The notes beneath the pieces were generated by a model. The model had not been told where the DNA came from. It did no database searches and was given only the letters and a program-made list of their open reading frames with translations. A DNA stretch of 64,000 nt from Psammoneis japonica (lineage: Eukaryota). The stretch spans positions 1 through 64,000 of the forward strand of contig QPGO01000017.1 of NCBI GenBank assembly GCA_008632985.1, read 5' to 3'. Both the position numbers and the translations under genes were made by a program. Below, piece after piece: positions 26,567 to 37,900 of the stretch; within the stretch, counting starts at the first letter, position 1; each line of letters begins with the position of its first letter.

Positions 26567-29500
26567 ATGGATGATTTGACGACCAATAGAGTCGACGAGC
26601 CCGAGGAGCCTCCGCCAATCGCTGAACCCGACTACACCAAGGCAAATAAGTTGTTGTTCTCAGATGTCTGTAGGAAGCTTGAGGTACTGTGGAAACAACG
26701 CGCGAAAAGATCTGGCAAGCAAGGAAAGGAGGAGCTATTGAAGTACCTGCTACCTCCGGCACTGAGCAGGTACTTTGCGGGTTCGGAAGGACAAAGCAAT
26801 TCTCCTTTTCCTCTATTCCGATTGCTCATGCCTGATATTGACACAACACGACCTCACAGTGGAATGAAAGAAGCCACAATTGCAACCGTCTGGGCTGAAG
26901 CATTAGGATTTAGCAAAGGCACCAGTCCATACATGAAGCTGACACATTACAAAGATCCCGCACATGCTGGCCCTACCGCAAAAGGCGATTTGTCGGTTGC
27001 GCTTAGAGAGGTGCTGGAAGAACGATTTCCATTCTCTCCCTCAAAAGTTACGATAGGCCAAATCAATGATATGTTAGACGAGCTCGCAAATCTTCGTGGG
27101 CGACAATCTAGTTCCGCGCATGAATGGCGAGCCAATAATAGCGGCGACAAGCGTACGCAGAAAAAAGGGCCCACCAAGAAGGAGCGACAAGTCCAATGGG
27201 TAAGAAAGCTATTGGAACTAGAATTAAGCGTAAGTGTCGAATGTGCTGTTCCGTTTGTTTTTCGAGCATCCCCTCATTCGTCTGGTTGTCGTTTTGAAGC
27301 CACTGGAACATAAATGGATTTCCCGAATTCTTTTGCAAAAGCTGGAAATGGGCGTTGGATCCATGGCTATTCTCAAGTACTACAGTCCTTGGGCTGAAGA
27401 AGTTCATAATGCAAATAACAGTTTGAAAAGGCTCTGTGCAACAATTAGCGACCCAGCCTGGGTAAAGCGACGTGAAGCCCAGCGTGAGAAAGAAAAGCAA
27501 TTAATGATGGAGGGACAAAAGTAAGTAAGTGGATCTTTACTTTTGTAAGAATTTTTCTCGACTCATGCCTTGTTCTTATTTGCAATACTTAGACAGAACT
27601 ACATGCCCCGATCACAAGCGCAGGCGAAATTCGGGAACACAATTGCTCCCATGCTATCGCAGAAGACAAGCTTCTCAAGGGCGTTGACGGATATCACCGC
27701 GCGACATCGAGAATACGCCAAGAATCTTGCTAGCGATCACCTTGGAGCTTCTAGTCTCGCCCTTAATTTTCCAGCTTTTATTTGCGAGGTGAAAATTGAT
27801 GGCGAGAGAATGATCTCTCACGTAGAACGCGGTGTTGTCACTATGCAGGTATGTATGCTTTCCGGTTGACAGCTGGTTGGAAGCTCATCACCTCAACCTA
27901 TTTACCCCTCGTTTTCCTTTACTCAGACAAGGAATTCTAAGTGGTACAGGTAAGACGAATGTAGGCAACCATCCGTCGAACAATGACAACTTCGCTCACT
28001 GGCCCGAGTTCTCGTCTTGTCTGCTTACGACATGGACAGTCCGCAGTACAGTCCGATTCTTGGTCCTGCAATTCGTCGTGCAATTGCAAACTTTGATGTT
28101 GATGTTATTCTTGACGGGGAGGTCATCTCGTGGGACGATTGCAAAAAGGAGACTATTGCATTTGGAAACAATCGCACCGTAGCGAAAAGCCGCAGGGAGT
28201 ACTTGAGTCGACACGGAATGATTCACGAGCTTGATCTCAATTTGCATAAACACGATCAAGACAAGACGGTGATCTGGGCCGCCCCCGATTCGTACAAGCC
28301 CAATAGGGAGGACGACGAGCACGAAGAAGGAGCTGAATGTTGGCTAAAGTACGTCGTGTTTGACGTATTGTACGTTGGTGGGCCGGAGGCGTCAAAGCTG
28401 ATTTCACAATGCGTGTCTCGAGACACGAAATACACGACAGGATCAGTCTTAAATCTCGACACCATAACGAGAAAGAGAATCTTGTATAAATTGCTTGAGC
28501 CGCAGCAAAACCAGGTCACCATTGTATCTTCGGTGGTTGTGAGGCCTAGTGGAACGACAGTGAATGCTGACGAATACTTCTCACCGAGCAACCCTCCATG
28601 CGACGGAGGGCACCTGTCATCGACTGTAGATTCGATTGAATGTGCGTTGCGAGGAGAAGTATTGAGTTTGTCTGAAATCGACAAGGAGCTACGCGCTGGC
28701 CGTTCTGATGCCGAACTTGAAAGTCGCAGAGTTGCTGCCATGGAACACTTTTACGACGAAATCGTTGAACGAAGATGTCAAGAGGGTTTAGTCTTCAAAG
28801 ATTTGGCATCTCCATATGTATTGGGTTCAGCTTCTCGAAGTCTTGGATACTGGTATGTACGACCACCATTAGTTACACAACGTCTGAAACAAACTGTTTT
28901 TCACTAGAAGCTCTTGTCCTTTGCTCGTTGTATTATAGGTGGAAGATAAAGCCCGATTACAACCAGAGTGGCCATGCTGCCGATGTTGATGTCATTGTTC
29001 TAGGAGGAAGCTTTGCTACTGGCTTGAGCCGAGCTGGAATCCTCAATCAGCTTTTAGTTGGTTGCGTTGATCCAGACTCGGGTAGTCCGGTGAAGTACAT
29101 GACACTAGCAAACGTGAATGGGGGTTCCACACCAAGGGAGCAAATGGACCTGCTGCTGAAGAAAACTGGATTCAAAGCAGCATCTAGCACGGAAGAGTTG
29201 AGTTACGGGAAGTGGTACAAAGAAAGCGATCATGCGCTTCCTGATTTCTTGTCAAAGCGTTCATTCCAACGAAGTCGCAGAGGCGATGAGAACGGCTGGA
29301 CCTTCACACGAGACACTTACCCGGGCTTGTGGATTCATCCAGAAGACTCCGTAGCTTTAACGATAAATTCGGGCGAAATTGTTGCCTCGGACAAATTCTC
29401 GGCTGGAGTTTCTTTGAGGTTTCCACGAATATCTCGAGTTCGGCTTGGCGAGGACGCAAAGGATGCGGAAGAGTGCGAGACTGTCGATGAGCTTCACCGC

Positions 29501-30946
29501 CTCTACGAGGACCGCGCGAATCGAGCAGCAGCCAGTGGAGAAATCAGCCTTACTTCCGGTTCTCCGTTGAGGCGCAAATGCGATTCCACCCGTCGATTCT
29601 TGACACATGAGGAGCTAACGAAGCGGAAACGACAAGCACCGCCAAGAAAGAAAGAATCAGCTCTACCTTCTACACGTCGAATCCCAACAGTGAATCGTGT
29701 GAAAAGCACAGCGCTAAAAGGACTGACATTCACAGTTCTCGAAGGTACTTTTTCCTTAGACGAGAACAGTCTGGACGCGGAGGAAGCCAAAGAAGAGAAT
29801 TGGTATGAGCAGGCGAGTGCAGTGGGCTCTCGCGAAGACGTAATCAAATTCATAGCAGAGCATAGTGGCACGTGCATGCTAATAACAGGAACCAAAACAA
29901 ACTACACTCTAGGGGGGAGGAATGATGACGCACGAGTGTCAAATTATCGTCGGGCGCTGATGGACGTAGCGGGCGCTGATATCGATGGACGTTCCAAATC
30001 TGCGAAAAACCTGCGAGATGTCCTTGGGAGTGGAGGTGTGCTAAAGTGGACCTTTGTGTACGCGTTGATTAGCAAATGGAAAATGCATCAAAAGCCTGAT
30101 GTCGACTCTGGCCTCGAACCCGAGGAAGAAATGGGAACGATCATTGACAATGCACCGCATCTGCTCAAGCTGAAGCGCCATAACTTTCTCGCTATTTCGC
30201 CATTTGCAGAAGAAGCCCTTCAGCAATCGGATGGCGTCTTCGGCATAAACATTGACGGCAATGTAAATATGATAGATTTCAGAAGGGGCTTCAATGAGGT
30301 ACGGGTTCGTTCGCGAAACGACTATGCTCCTGATGAATGCTCGGTCCCAATGAAGAAAGCCAAGTTTGCACAGGCACTGAATTCAACGACCACCAGCCCA
30401 TCTTGTGTGCCTTGGCAGTATGCTGCATTTTGTCATTTGGAAAGGGCGGATCGTTGGGTGATGGCTGGTTCACATCAACATGCTTGGCCGTACAGGTCAA
30501 CAGACGAGAACGTGAAATGTGACAACAAGGAAGTACCAATGATCATTTATCCTCACTTTTTCTTGTCAGGATTGGGCCTATCAGACCAAGCGGAGGCACA
30601 GAAGGAAGTCCTTTCTGGAACAAAGTCGAGTCGATGGGACGAGGTGGCTTTAGATATACAGTTGAGCAATGTGAAGTCGTCACTTCCTCTCGCTCGCGTC
30701 ATGGGGTTCCAAGTCACCTGTCACCTCCATTCTGGTGTGACTCACGTCCTTTGCGATTTCTTGCGAGACAGCACGAGCATCGTCTGGACAGCCGAATCAG
30801 ACCTATATAGATTCTCTCAAGAACAAACAGTAAAAGAATTACAGAAGCGCCTACGAAGCTTGCACGGGAGATCTTCAGAAGACGCAAAGGACCGTGTTTT
30901 ACTAGTTTCTCCGCAATGGATACATGATGCTTGGGACAAAGCATAG
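26567..30946 (+). CDS. LIG4: DNA ligase IV, 6 predicted exons: 26567-27229, 27300-27520, 27593-27848, 27927-27949, 28040-28852, 28939-30946
   Basis: EVKIDGER, ILDGEV, VFDVLY, EGLVFKD, WKIKPDY, SLRFPR; two C-terminal BRCT-like regions; GT-AG introns keep the frame. Confidence 0.92.
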
Positions 30947-32469
30947 CTAAAAAAGTGTCGCTATCTCTCAGGGAGACGAGCAGAAATAACAGCGTTCAAA
31001 AGCCCTTGTAGATTTCGTCATACTTGTCCTCCACAGCTTGGAAAATTGCATCAAAAACGCCAGCATGACACGACGCTGCTCAGCCTTGATCCCACATTCT
31101 TGACATGAGTTCCCATGCGGTCCTTCCTGTCACCAGTTTGCCAATCACTTGGCCACGAGTTGTTTCCGATTGTGGTGCTGATTGCTGGAGTGCGCAATTC
31201 GGTCTCTCTAAAACTTTGTTTGGATGGTTGCATTTGCCCATGGATGCAAAAAACAGCTTGGCAATTTCCACTGCAATGTGATTGCCCTTGCACTCCATGA
31301 CAACAAATGAGTGCTCGTGGCACTCTCTGTCCAGTTTGGTCATGCTGCTGCTGCTGCAACTGCCAATGAAGAGGATGTTCTTGTCTTGTGCTGGCAAAGT
31401 TGTTCATCCACAGGTGTCTTGCAGATGGCACGTGGGACAATTGCAAGGAGCAGCCAAACAGTGAACTGGGGTGCATGGAATCACATCCAAATCAGCACCC
31501 CAGGTTGACTTGTCACCCAGCTGCAGTGAACACAAATGTGGACAATGATGGTGACAAGGGTGCAACAAACTGCCAAGCATGTGACACGTGGTTGACAGCT
31601 GCGTTCTTTGCTTGCAGCAAAACACTTGTGTTGGCATTGCTGCATTTGCACCAAACAACTCATTTTTGAACAACAGCTGGTGTTTTGTGCAACAATCTTT
31701 TGAAAAATTCAAGCTGGCAACTCTGAACAGCAGCGGCTCCAGCTGGGTGCCCACAGCCACCATGAAAATGGCGTGTTGGCGCCACAGAAAAATTCTTGGG
31801 AGCCACTCCACACTTGGCATTTGCTGCACATTCAGGTGTCACTGCATGCGGTCATGGCACCAAACACACTGGCAGACAAGCCCTGGCAAACAATGTGAGG
31901 TTGCCCTTGCTGGCGGGTGCAGTTGTGCGGTGTGACACTGGGTGAACCCAGCGCCATGGTCGTCAAAAAACAGAAAAAGCTCAACACCCCAAATCAAATC
32001 TCAAGCACAGTGCAGAGAAGATCCAAGCTCAAATTGGGCATCTCCTGCCTCCCACAGCATCAGCCCCTCCATCCTCTCCAAAGCCCAATGGCGCGAGCCT
32101 TTCTCCCATTTTTCCCTGCATGCCCAGCTGCCAGCCCATGTTTTCCAGCTCCACGAAGTTGTCAAAATGGCTTGCAGCTTGGCTTGCAGCCTTGCTTTCA
32201 GAGCTGGCTGCGGAGCTTGGCTCAAACAAAAACAGCAAGATGTGCAAAAAAGCCAGGAGCTGGGCACCGGAAGCCCCCAGAATCAAAAGATGACGCGCAG
32301 CAGTTCAACATCACACCCAAGACTTCCAGGCAAGGGAAAATTTTTTTGGTTCCAGTTTTTGTTCCGCAGTTGGTTCCAGTTGGGCAGGATTGTGTGGTGT
32401 GAGAACAATGCAATGCATGAGCAACTGCTGCAGTCTCTGCTCTCTGCTGTGGCCACTCTAGCACCGCTG

Positions 32470-32838
32470 GTTGGTCATCCGCACAAATGCCACATTTGCC
32501 CCAAATGTGGCACGAACATGGCATTTTGATCCCAAACGCCACCACTGTTTTTCCAATGATCCCTGGTTGTTTTGCCGTTGACAGCAAAGCGTTAAACACC
32601 GCAGGGCGTGGGGGCTCATTGTTAACACAAGGGAAAAGCGATCGGAAGAAGCATTGGAAGGCTTCTGAACACATGAGAAATGAGTTCGGTGGCAGTCGGG
32701 GGCCACGAATCAATCGCCGGCACGCTTTTTCACGCGCAAAATGTGGCATTTTATGTGGCATTGCGTAGAATCAGCACCAGTTTTGCCGTAGAAAGAAATG
32801 CCATATGTGGCATTGTGGCATTTGTGTGGATAACCAAC
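32470..32838. mobile_element. MITE, ~370 bp, 25-bp imperfect TIRs, subterminal ATGCCACA/TGTGGCAT motifs
   Basis: Left GTTGGTCATCCGCACAAATGCCACA versus right (revcomp) GTTGGTTATCCACACAAATGCCACA; TG on both flanks. Confidence 0.8.
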
Positions 32839-33979
32839 TGGGTCTCTAGAGAGCAGTGGCCCTGCACTGGGCATTTTTTTACCTGGTGTGGGCAGCAGGT
32901 TTTGATTAACTCGACTCGAGCGAAGCGAGAGTCAACTCGCAAAAGTAACCCGGATGTCAAAGTGGGGAGAACAAACAACTCTGCACAAGCACCCATCACC
33001 AAAGGCATCTCCTCTCAAAAGGACAAGGAACAACATTTGAAGCAAAGTGCAACATGCAGACAAGGAGCTTGTGCCAAAACAGAGTGTCTGGCCACAGCAC
33101 CAGTGGCTGCAACAAAAGGCAAAGCAGCAACAAGAGGCAAAAAAGATGCACAGAGAGCCAGAGGAAGAGGGGCAAGAGCCGGGGTGCAGAGAGGAGAGTG
33201 GTGTGTGCTGTGCACTTAAGAACTGGGTGGAAGGGGTGAACAAAATGCCAAAAAGGGAAAATTGTGAGACTGTTTTGGGCACCAAAAGCAAGCAGCAGTT
33301 GAGAGATGCTCTGCAGCGTGTTGTGCTGTGACCCAGCAGCAAGAGAGCTGGCTGCTGCCCCCCAGCTGGCCCCAGCCAAGAAGGCCGAAGGTTGTCCGCA
33401 GCCAAGCAGCACCCCACAAAGTGTTTTCAATGCCATTTTGGGGTGTGTGACAGCTGCGCCAGTTGAGATTTGCCCCACAATTTGGTGTAAAAACAAAGTG
33501 TGGCGTGCAGACAAGGAGAGTTTGTGCAGAACCAGTGTGTCCAGCTGCAGCTCTGATGGCTGCAAGAGGCAAAGCAAAAGAAGCCAGGATGGCACCACAT
33601 GCCAGCTCTCACAGAGAGCCCTGCTGCATGCTGCATCTTGAAGAAACAGGTGGAAGGGATGAACAAGATGCCAAAAGAGAAACTTGTGAGACGGCTTTGG
33701 GTGCCAAAAGCACAAGCAGCTGAGATGCTCTACACAGCACAACCCAGCAAGAGCTCATTGCCACCACAGCAAGCCAGCTGAGAAACTCTGCATGTTGTCC
33801 ATGACCAAGCAACACCTTGCAAACTGCAAAGTGTTCTCAGCACCACTTTGGGGTTTGGCCCAGTTGTTGTTGAGAGCTGCCTCACAAAGAACTGCTGCTT
33901 TGATGCTTGTTGCAGATCTGGAAAATCATCTCTTTGCAGCTTTGGCAAGGAGCTCCCCAGCATGATGATCATGAACAAA

Positions 33980-33985
33980 AGCAGC

Positions 33986-34021
<36 letters not shown>
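33980..34021. repeat. (CAG)n microsatellite
   Basis: Direct observation, ~14 units with one CGG variant. Confidence 0.95.
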
Positions 34022-34023
<2 letters not shown>

Positions 34024-34495
34024 AAAAGCAGTGCTCTGTGTGTTGGAGCAGCAAGAAGCCAGAGCAACAACAAAAAGAAAAGACAAAAAGCACAGACAAG
34101 TTCGCAGGCATGCAGCATCTGAGGTGGCCAGAAATGATCTCCAGCACATGCCAAAGCCCAAGGTGAGCAGCAGCAGAAAGCAGAAGCAGGGCAAGGAAAC
34201 AAAGGCTTGCTTTTGTGAGGATGGCATGAGCAAAGTCAAGAAGCCACAGCGCCAAGCTTTTCGGATGAATTGCACAATTTTTGTTAAGAAATCAAAAACA
34301 AACAGGAAAATCGGCGAAAGCGTCATTGAGACATCATGCCGTAAAGTGAGACACCGGCGGCACGCATCATTGTGGTGCTGCAGTTTGTTGCGTGGTGCCT
34401 GCGAAGCATGCATATATTCATCGATGTATGTCGGTGATCCAAACTGAAAATTGACCCATTACCTTTCTGTCTTTCTTCATAATTGTGGATGTCAC

Positions 34496-34652
34496 TTTAT
34501 AGCGTACATAGGGGAGATTTGTAGCGTACATAGAAGCAGAATGACCCTATAACGTCAGCAGCTCTTTATGTACGCTATAAACTTTATAGCGTACATAGGG
34601 CTACTTACTTAAAGGATGACCGTCTGCGTCAGCAACGTCGTTATGTACGCTA
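34496..34652. repeat. Array of five TAGCGTACATA 11-mers (3 forward, 2 reverse), including a 31-bp hairpin
   Basis: Copies at 34500, 34522, 34587 (+) and 34567, 34642 (-); TATGTACGCTATAAA-C-TTTATAGCGTACATA at 34567-34597. Confidence 0.9.
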
Positions 34653-34778
34653 ACCCACACCATTTGACGACCTGCCCTGCACTGCCATCAAAGCACCACG
34701 CACACTCAAAAACAAGCAAGGCAAGCGAGGCGGGCGCGCAATCGTCAATCAATTACGCAGCCGCCTAAAACAAATACG

Positions 34779-34850
34779 TGCCTGGTCGGAGAATCGAACT
34801 CCGGTCAATGCAACCACAATGCATTATACTAACCACTGTACGAACCAAGC
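34779..34850 (-). tRNA. tRNA-His (GUG)
   Basis: Cloverleaf: acceptor GCTTGGT/ACCAGGC, D arm GTAC-AGTGGTTA-GTAT, anticodon arm ATGCA-TTGTGGT-TGCAT, T arm CGGAG-TTCGATT-CTCCG; T-run downstream. Confidence 0.95.
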
Positions 34851-36450
34851 CGGCATCGTACGCGTCAAATGATTATTTAACTGCTGTTCAAAAAGACGAA
34901 AAGCTGCGAAGCGAACTCACGTGCTGCACCGTACAAATGCACGTGTTCTTCATGCCGCCGATTGAACGCGGTCATGCATGCCACAAAACCTGAGCGAGGG
35001 AAGTGTGGTGCAGACATGCCCACAATCAAAGAACACTGTGGGTCGACAATTTTGCCTTGGCCAGATGATCAAGCTCTGGCCAATGCAACCAAAGCACATT
35101 GTGCCAGCAGCCAGGACTGCACTGGCCAAGCCAGTGACTGGCTGTGTGCTGGTCAGAGCTGAGCTCAAAAAGGCTCTGCCAGATTTTGTCGCTTGGGCAA
35201 GCTGCCGGTGCTCAAAGCTGCCAAAGCAATGGCTGTGCAGAGAGAAGTTTGAGTGCGCTCTGCACATTGTTGCACAAATGCATGAGTGCATGTCAGGATG
35301 CTCACGCTGTTGGAGAAAATGTGTGGCGCACAAGCCAAGACCTCGCAGCTCAGCTGGGGACTCAATTTGGGCAAACAAGTGGGATGACATCACAAGGAAA
35401 GCATGCTTTTGAGGGCTGGCCACCATCGAGGGCTGCATGTGATCATGAAAAATGTTGGGTTGGACTCTGGTGCCCCAGCTTTGTTGCAGACAACAAAGCA
35501 CAGCTCAGAATCATGGTGACGCCGCTGTGACTCTGAGCCACTCTTGAGCAAACAATTCCTCCACAGCTGCAACAAAAAAAGCTGAATGCACCGTTTTCTG
35601 CTCCAACACAGCAAGAAGCTTGGTGAGAGCTTTTGCCATGTCCGCCCCAGTGTGTGCAATGAGGTGGTCACCCCACGCCATTTTCAAGTGCAGCAGTCAA
35701 CAGCCAACAGCCACTTTCTTCTCAGCTGCCATTCCTGTCAAAGAGCTGACTTTCTCTTGGTCAAATGTTGGCTCCCTCAACTTGCTTTTCATCTCCAAGT
35801 TTGAGCTTGTCAACTTGGATGAAACTGCAAGAAGAGGAAATGCACAAACTCTGATGATTGACAGAGTGCTGCAACACTCTTGGGCTTGATTTTGTCAAGT
35901 GGCAGAGATCACTTGTTTTGAAAAAGCAGGTCAATCTGAAACAAGCAATGCTGAAACCAGCATGCCTTGCATCACATGCAAGCAGCTCTTGTTGCACATG
36001 GTGGATTTGATTGGGGGGAGACTGATCTGTTGTGTTGGAAATGAAGCTGCAACAAGAGGCAGCACACTCCCCATCACCCCCCCCCCCCCTGCATGGCGCT
36101 TTGCTGCAACAGCCCCAACACACCTCTTCTTGCTCTTGTTGATGGCAAACAATCTCATTGGGGTTAAGTGTGCTGCCCCACAAAATCAAGTCATCCTTGA
36201 CATTTTTTGAAAAGTCCACAGAAACACAACTGTCTTGGGCATCTGTGCTCTGTGCAGCTCTTCCAACTCTGCAACTGTGGCACAAACTTCAGCTTTCTGC
36301 ATGCCCTTGCAGCCACAAGTTTCTTCAAAGGGCTGAGCCACTTTGCCATGGATGCAAAAGAGATCTGTTGTCTGTGTTGATGTCAAGCCCCGGTGCCATG
36401 ATGGCACAAAAAAGAGCACATTTTGATGTGGTGGTGTGGTGCCTTTTGTG

Positions 36451-36471
36451 CCCCCCCCCCCCCCCCCCCCC
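36451..36471. repeat. Poly(C) tract, 21 nt
   Basis: Direct observation. Confidence 0.95.
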
Positions 36472-36799
36472 TCCTGCCAGCGATGTTTCCTCCTGGTGCA
36501 AATGTCAAACAATGTGGTCTTTTCCATTCATCATGGTGTGGACAAAGACATGTTGTTGGAACATTGGGGTGTGAGGTGGTTTTTGCAGGACAGACAGACA
36601 GTGTTGCAGTGAAAGGCGTGCTGATGACTGTTGATGATGTGGTCGTGAATTTACATTCACAATTCACAGCCGATGATCAGCTTTGGGTGTTTTGCTCACT
36701 TTTTAGCTTCTGCACCCAGTTGACATGGCAATGACATTGACAGCATTGGAGCTGTGTTTGTGATTCATGTGGAGAGTTTGGGGGTTGGTGAGACTGAGC

Positions 36800-37900
36800 A
36801 TGTGCCAGTTCTTTTGGCAAGCAACAAAACTCCAACACAGAAGCTGAAAAGGCTTGCTGGGGAGTCATCAAGAATCCAGAGGTGTGTGGCTTGTGTCAGT
36901 GGATTGTGGCAAACAAGCTGGCTGGATAAAGGAAAGAGACAGTTCCTGGAGGACCTTGCTGCAGACAAGTGTGAGAGCACAGTGGATTTCTTGAAGGAGC
37001 AGGTGCATGGTGCCATTGCCAAAAGTTGGGTTGACAGGCAGAAGGGCACAAAGACCACAAGGAAAACAAGGGAGCATGGTGAAACAGTGTTTGGGGGCCA
37101 GAGTTGCAGGCACTGGCATCTCTGATGCTGGAGCACAAACTGGAAGAGCCAGAATGTCCATCGGGTGCAACCATGTTGGAGAAGGACAAGGCAATCTGGG
37201 GGAAGCAATGCAATCCCTGTGTGAAACAGGGTGCAATCTGCAAGATGCAGAAGGTGAGGGCATTCAGTGCAATTGTGGGACAGTGCACCAAGGCCATCCA
37301 ACACAAGGTTGAAGGAGTGGCAGAGTTTGTGGATGTGGTGGCACCATTGGAAATTCTCAAGTTGTTGATCTTCTTGTTCAATGCAAACGGGAGAGTCTGC
37401 TCACAGGCACAGGCAGTTGAGGCTTGGAAGCACTTGGCACTCATTTATCAAGGTGAAGGAGAGGCACTTCAACATTGCTGCAATTGGCTCACAAATGTTG
37501 TTGAGATGGTGGAGCAAGGGTCCTGTGGCATGGCAGGATTTTTCCCATCCAGAAGAAATTGCCCAGGAGAAAGAGGGCGGGTCAATCAACACAGATGATG
37601 ACAGCTGACAATGCCCAGAAAAAAGAAAGGAACAAGTTGTCAGCGGCACTGCCAATGGAAGGTGCCAAGGAACATTGGCGCATCTTGGAAGACCTGTGCC
37701 AGTCATCCACACTGGGGATTCACAGCTGCTCCAAGCCAATTCGGCCAAGGAGACACTGCAGGTGTTGGACACAGGCAAGGCCAACAAAAACCCTGAGGGC
37801 ACAAGTTTTTCACAAAACAAGAAGAAACATCTTGAATGCTGGAAATGCAACAAGGTTTGGCATGTGAAGAAAGGCTGTCCTTTGTTCAATGATGACGATG
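36800..37900 (+). mobile_element. Decayed LTR-retrotransposon gag with CCHC zinc knuckle
   Basis: CWKCNKVWHVKKGC (CX2CX4HX4C) at 37837-37878; upstream AFSAIVGQCTKAI and IYQGEGEALQHCCN resemble diatom copia gag. Confidence 0.7.

Larger units (their letters stand above)
31030..34400. other. TpA- and CpG-depleted decayed-repeat block C
   Basis: Composition switches ~80 bp after the LIG4 stop; TA nearly absent except around the MITE at 32.5-32.9 kb. Confidence 0.88.
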
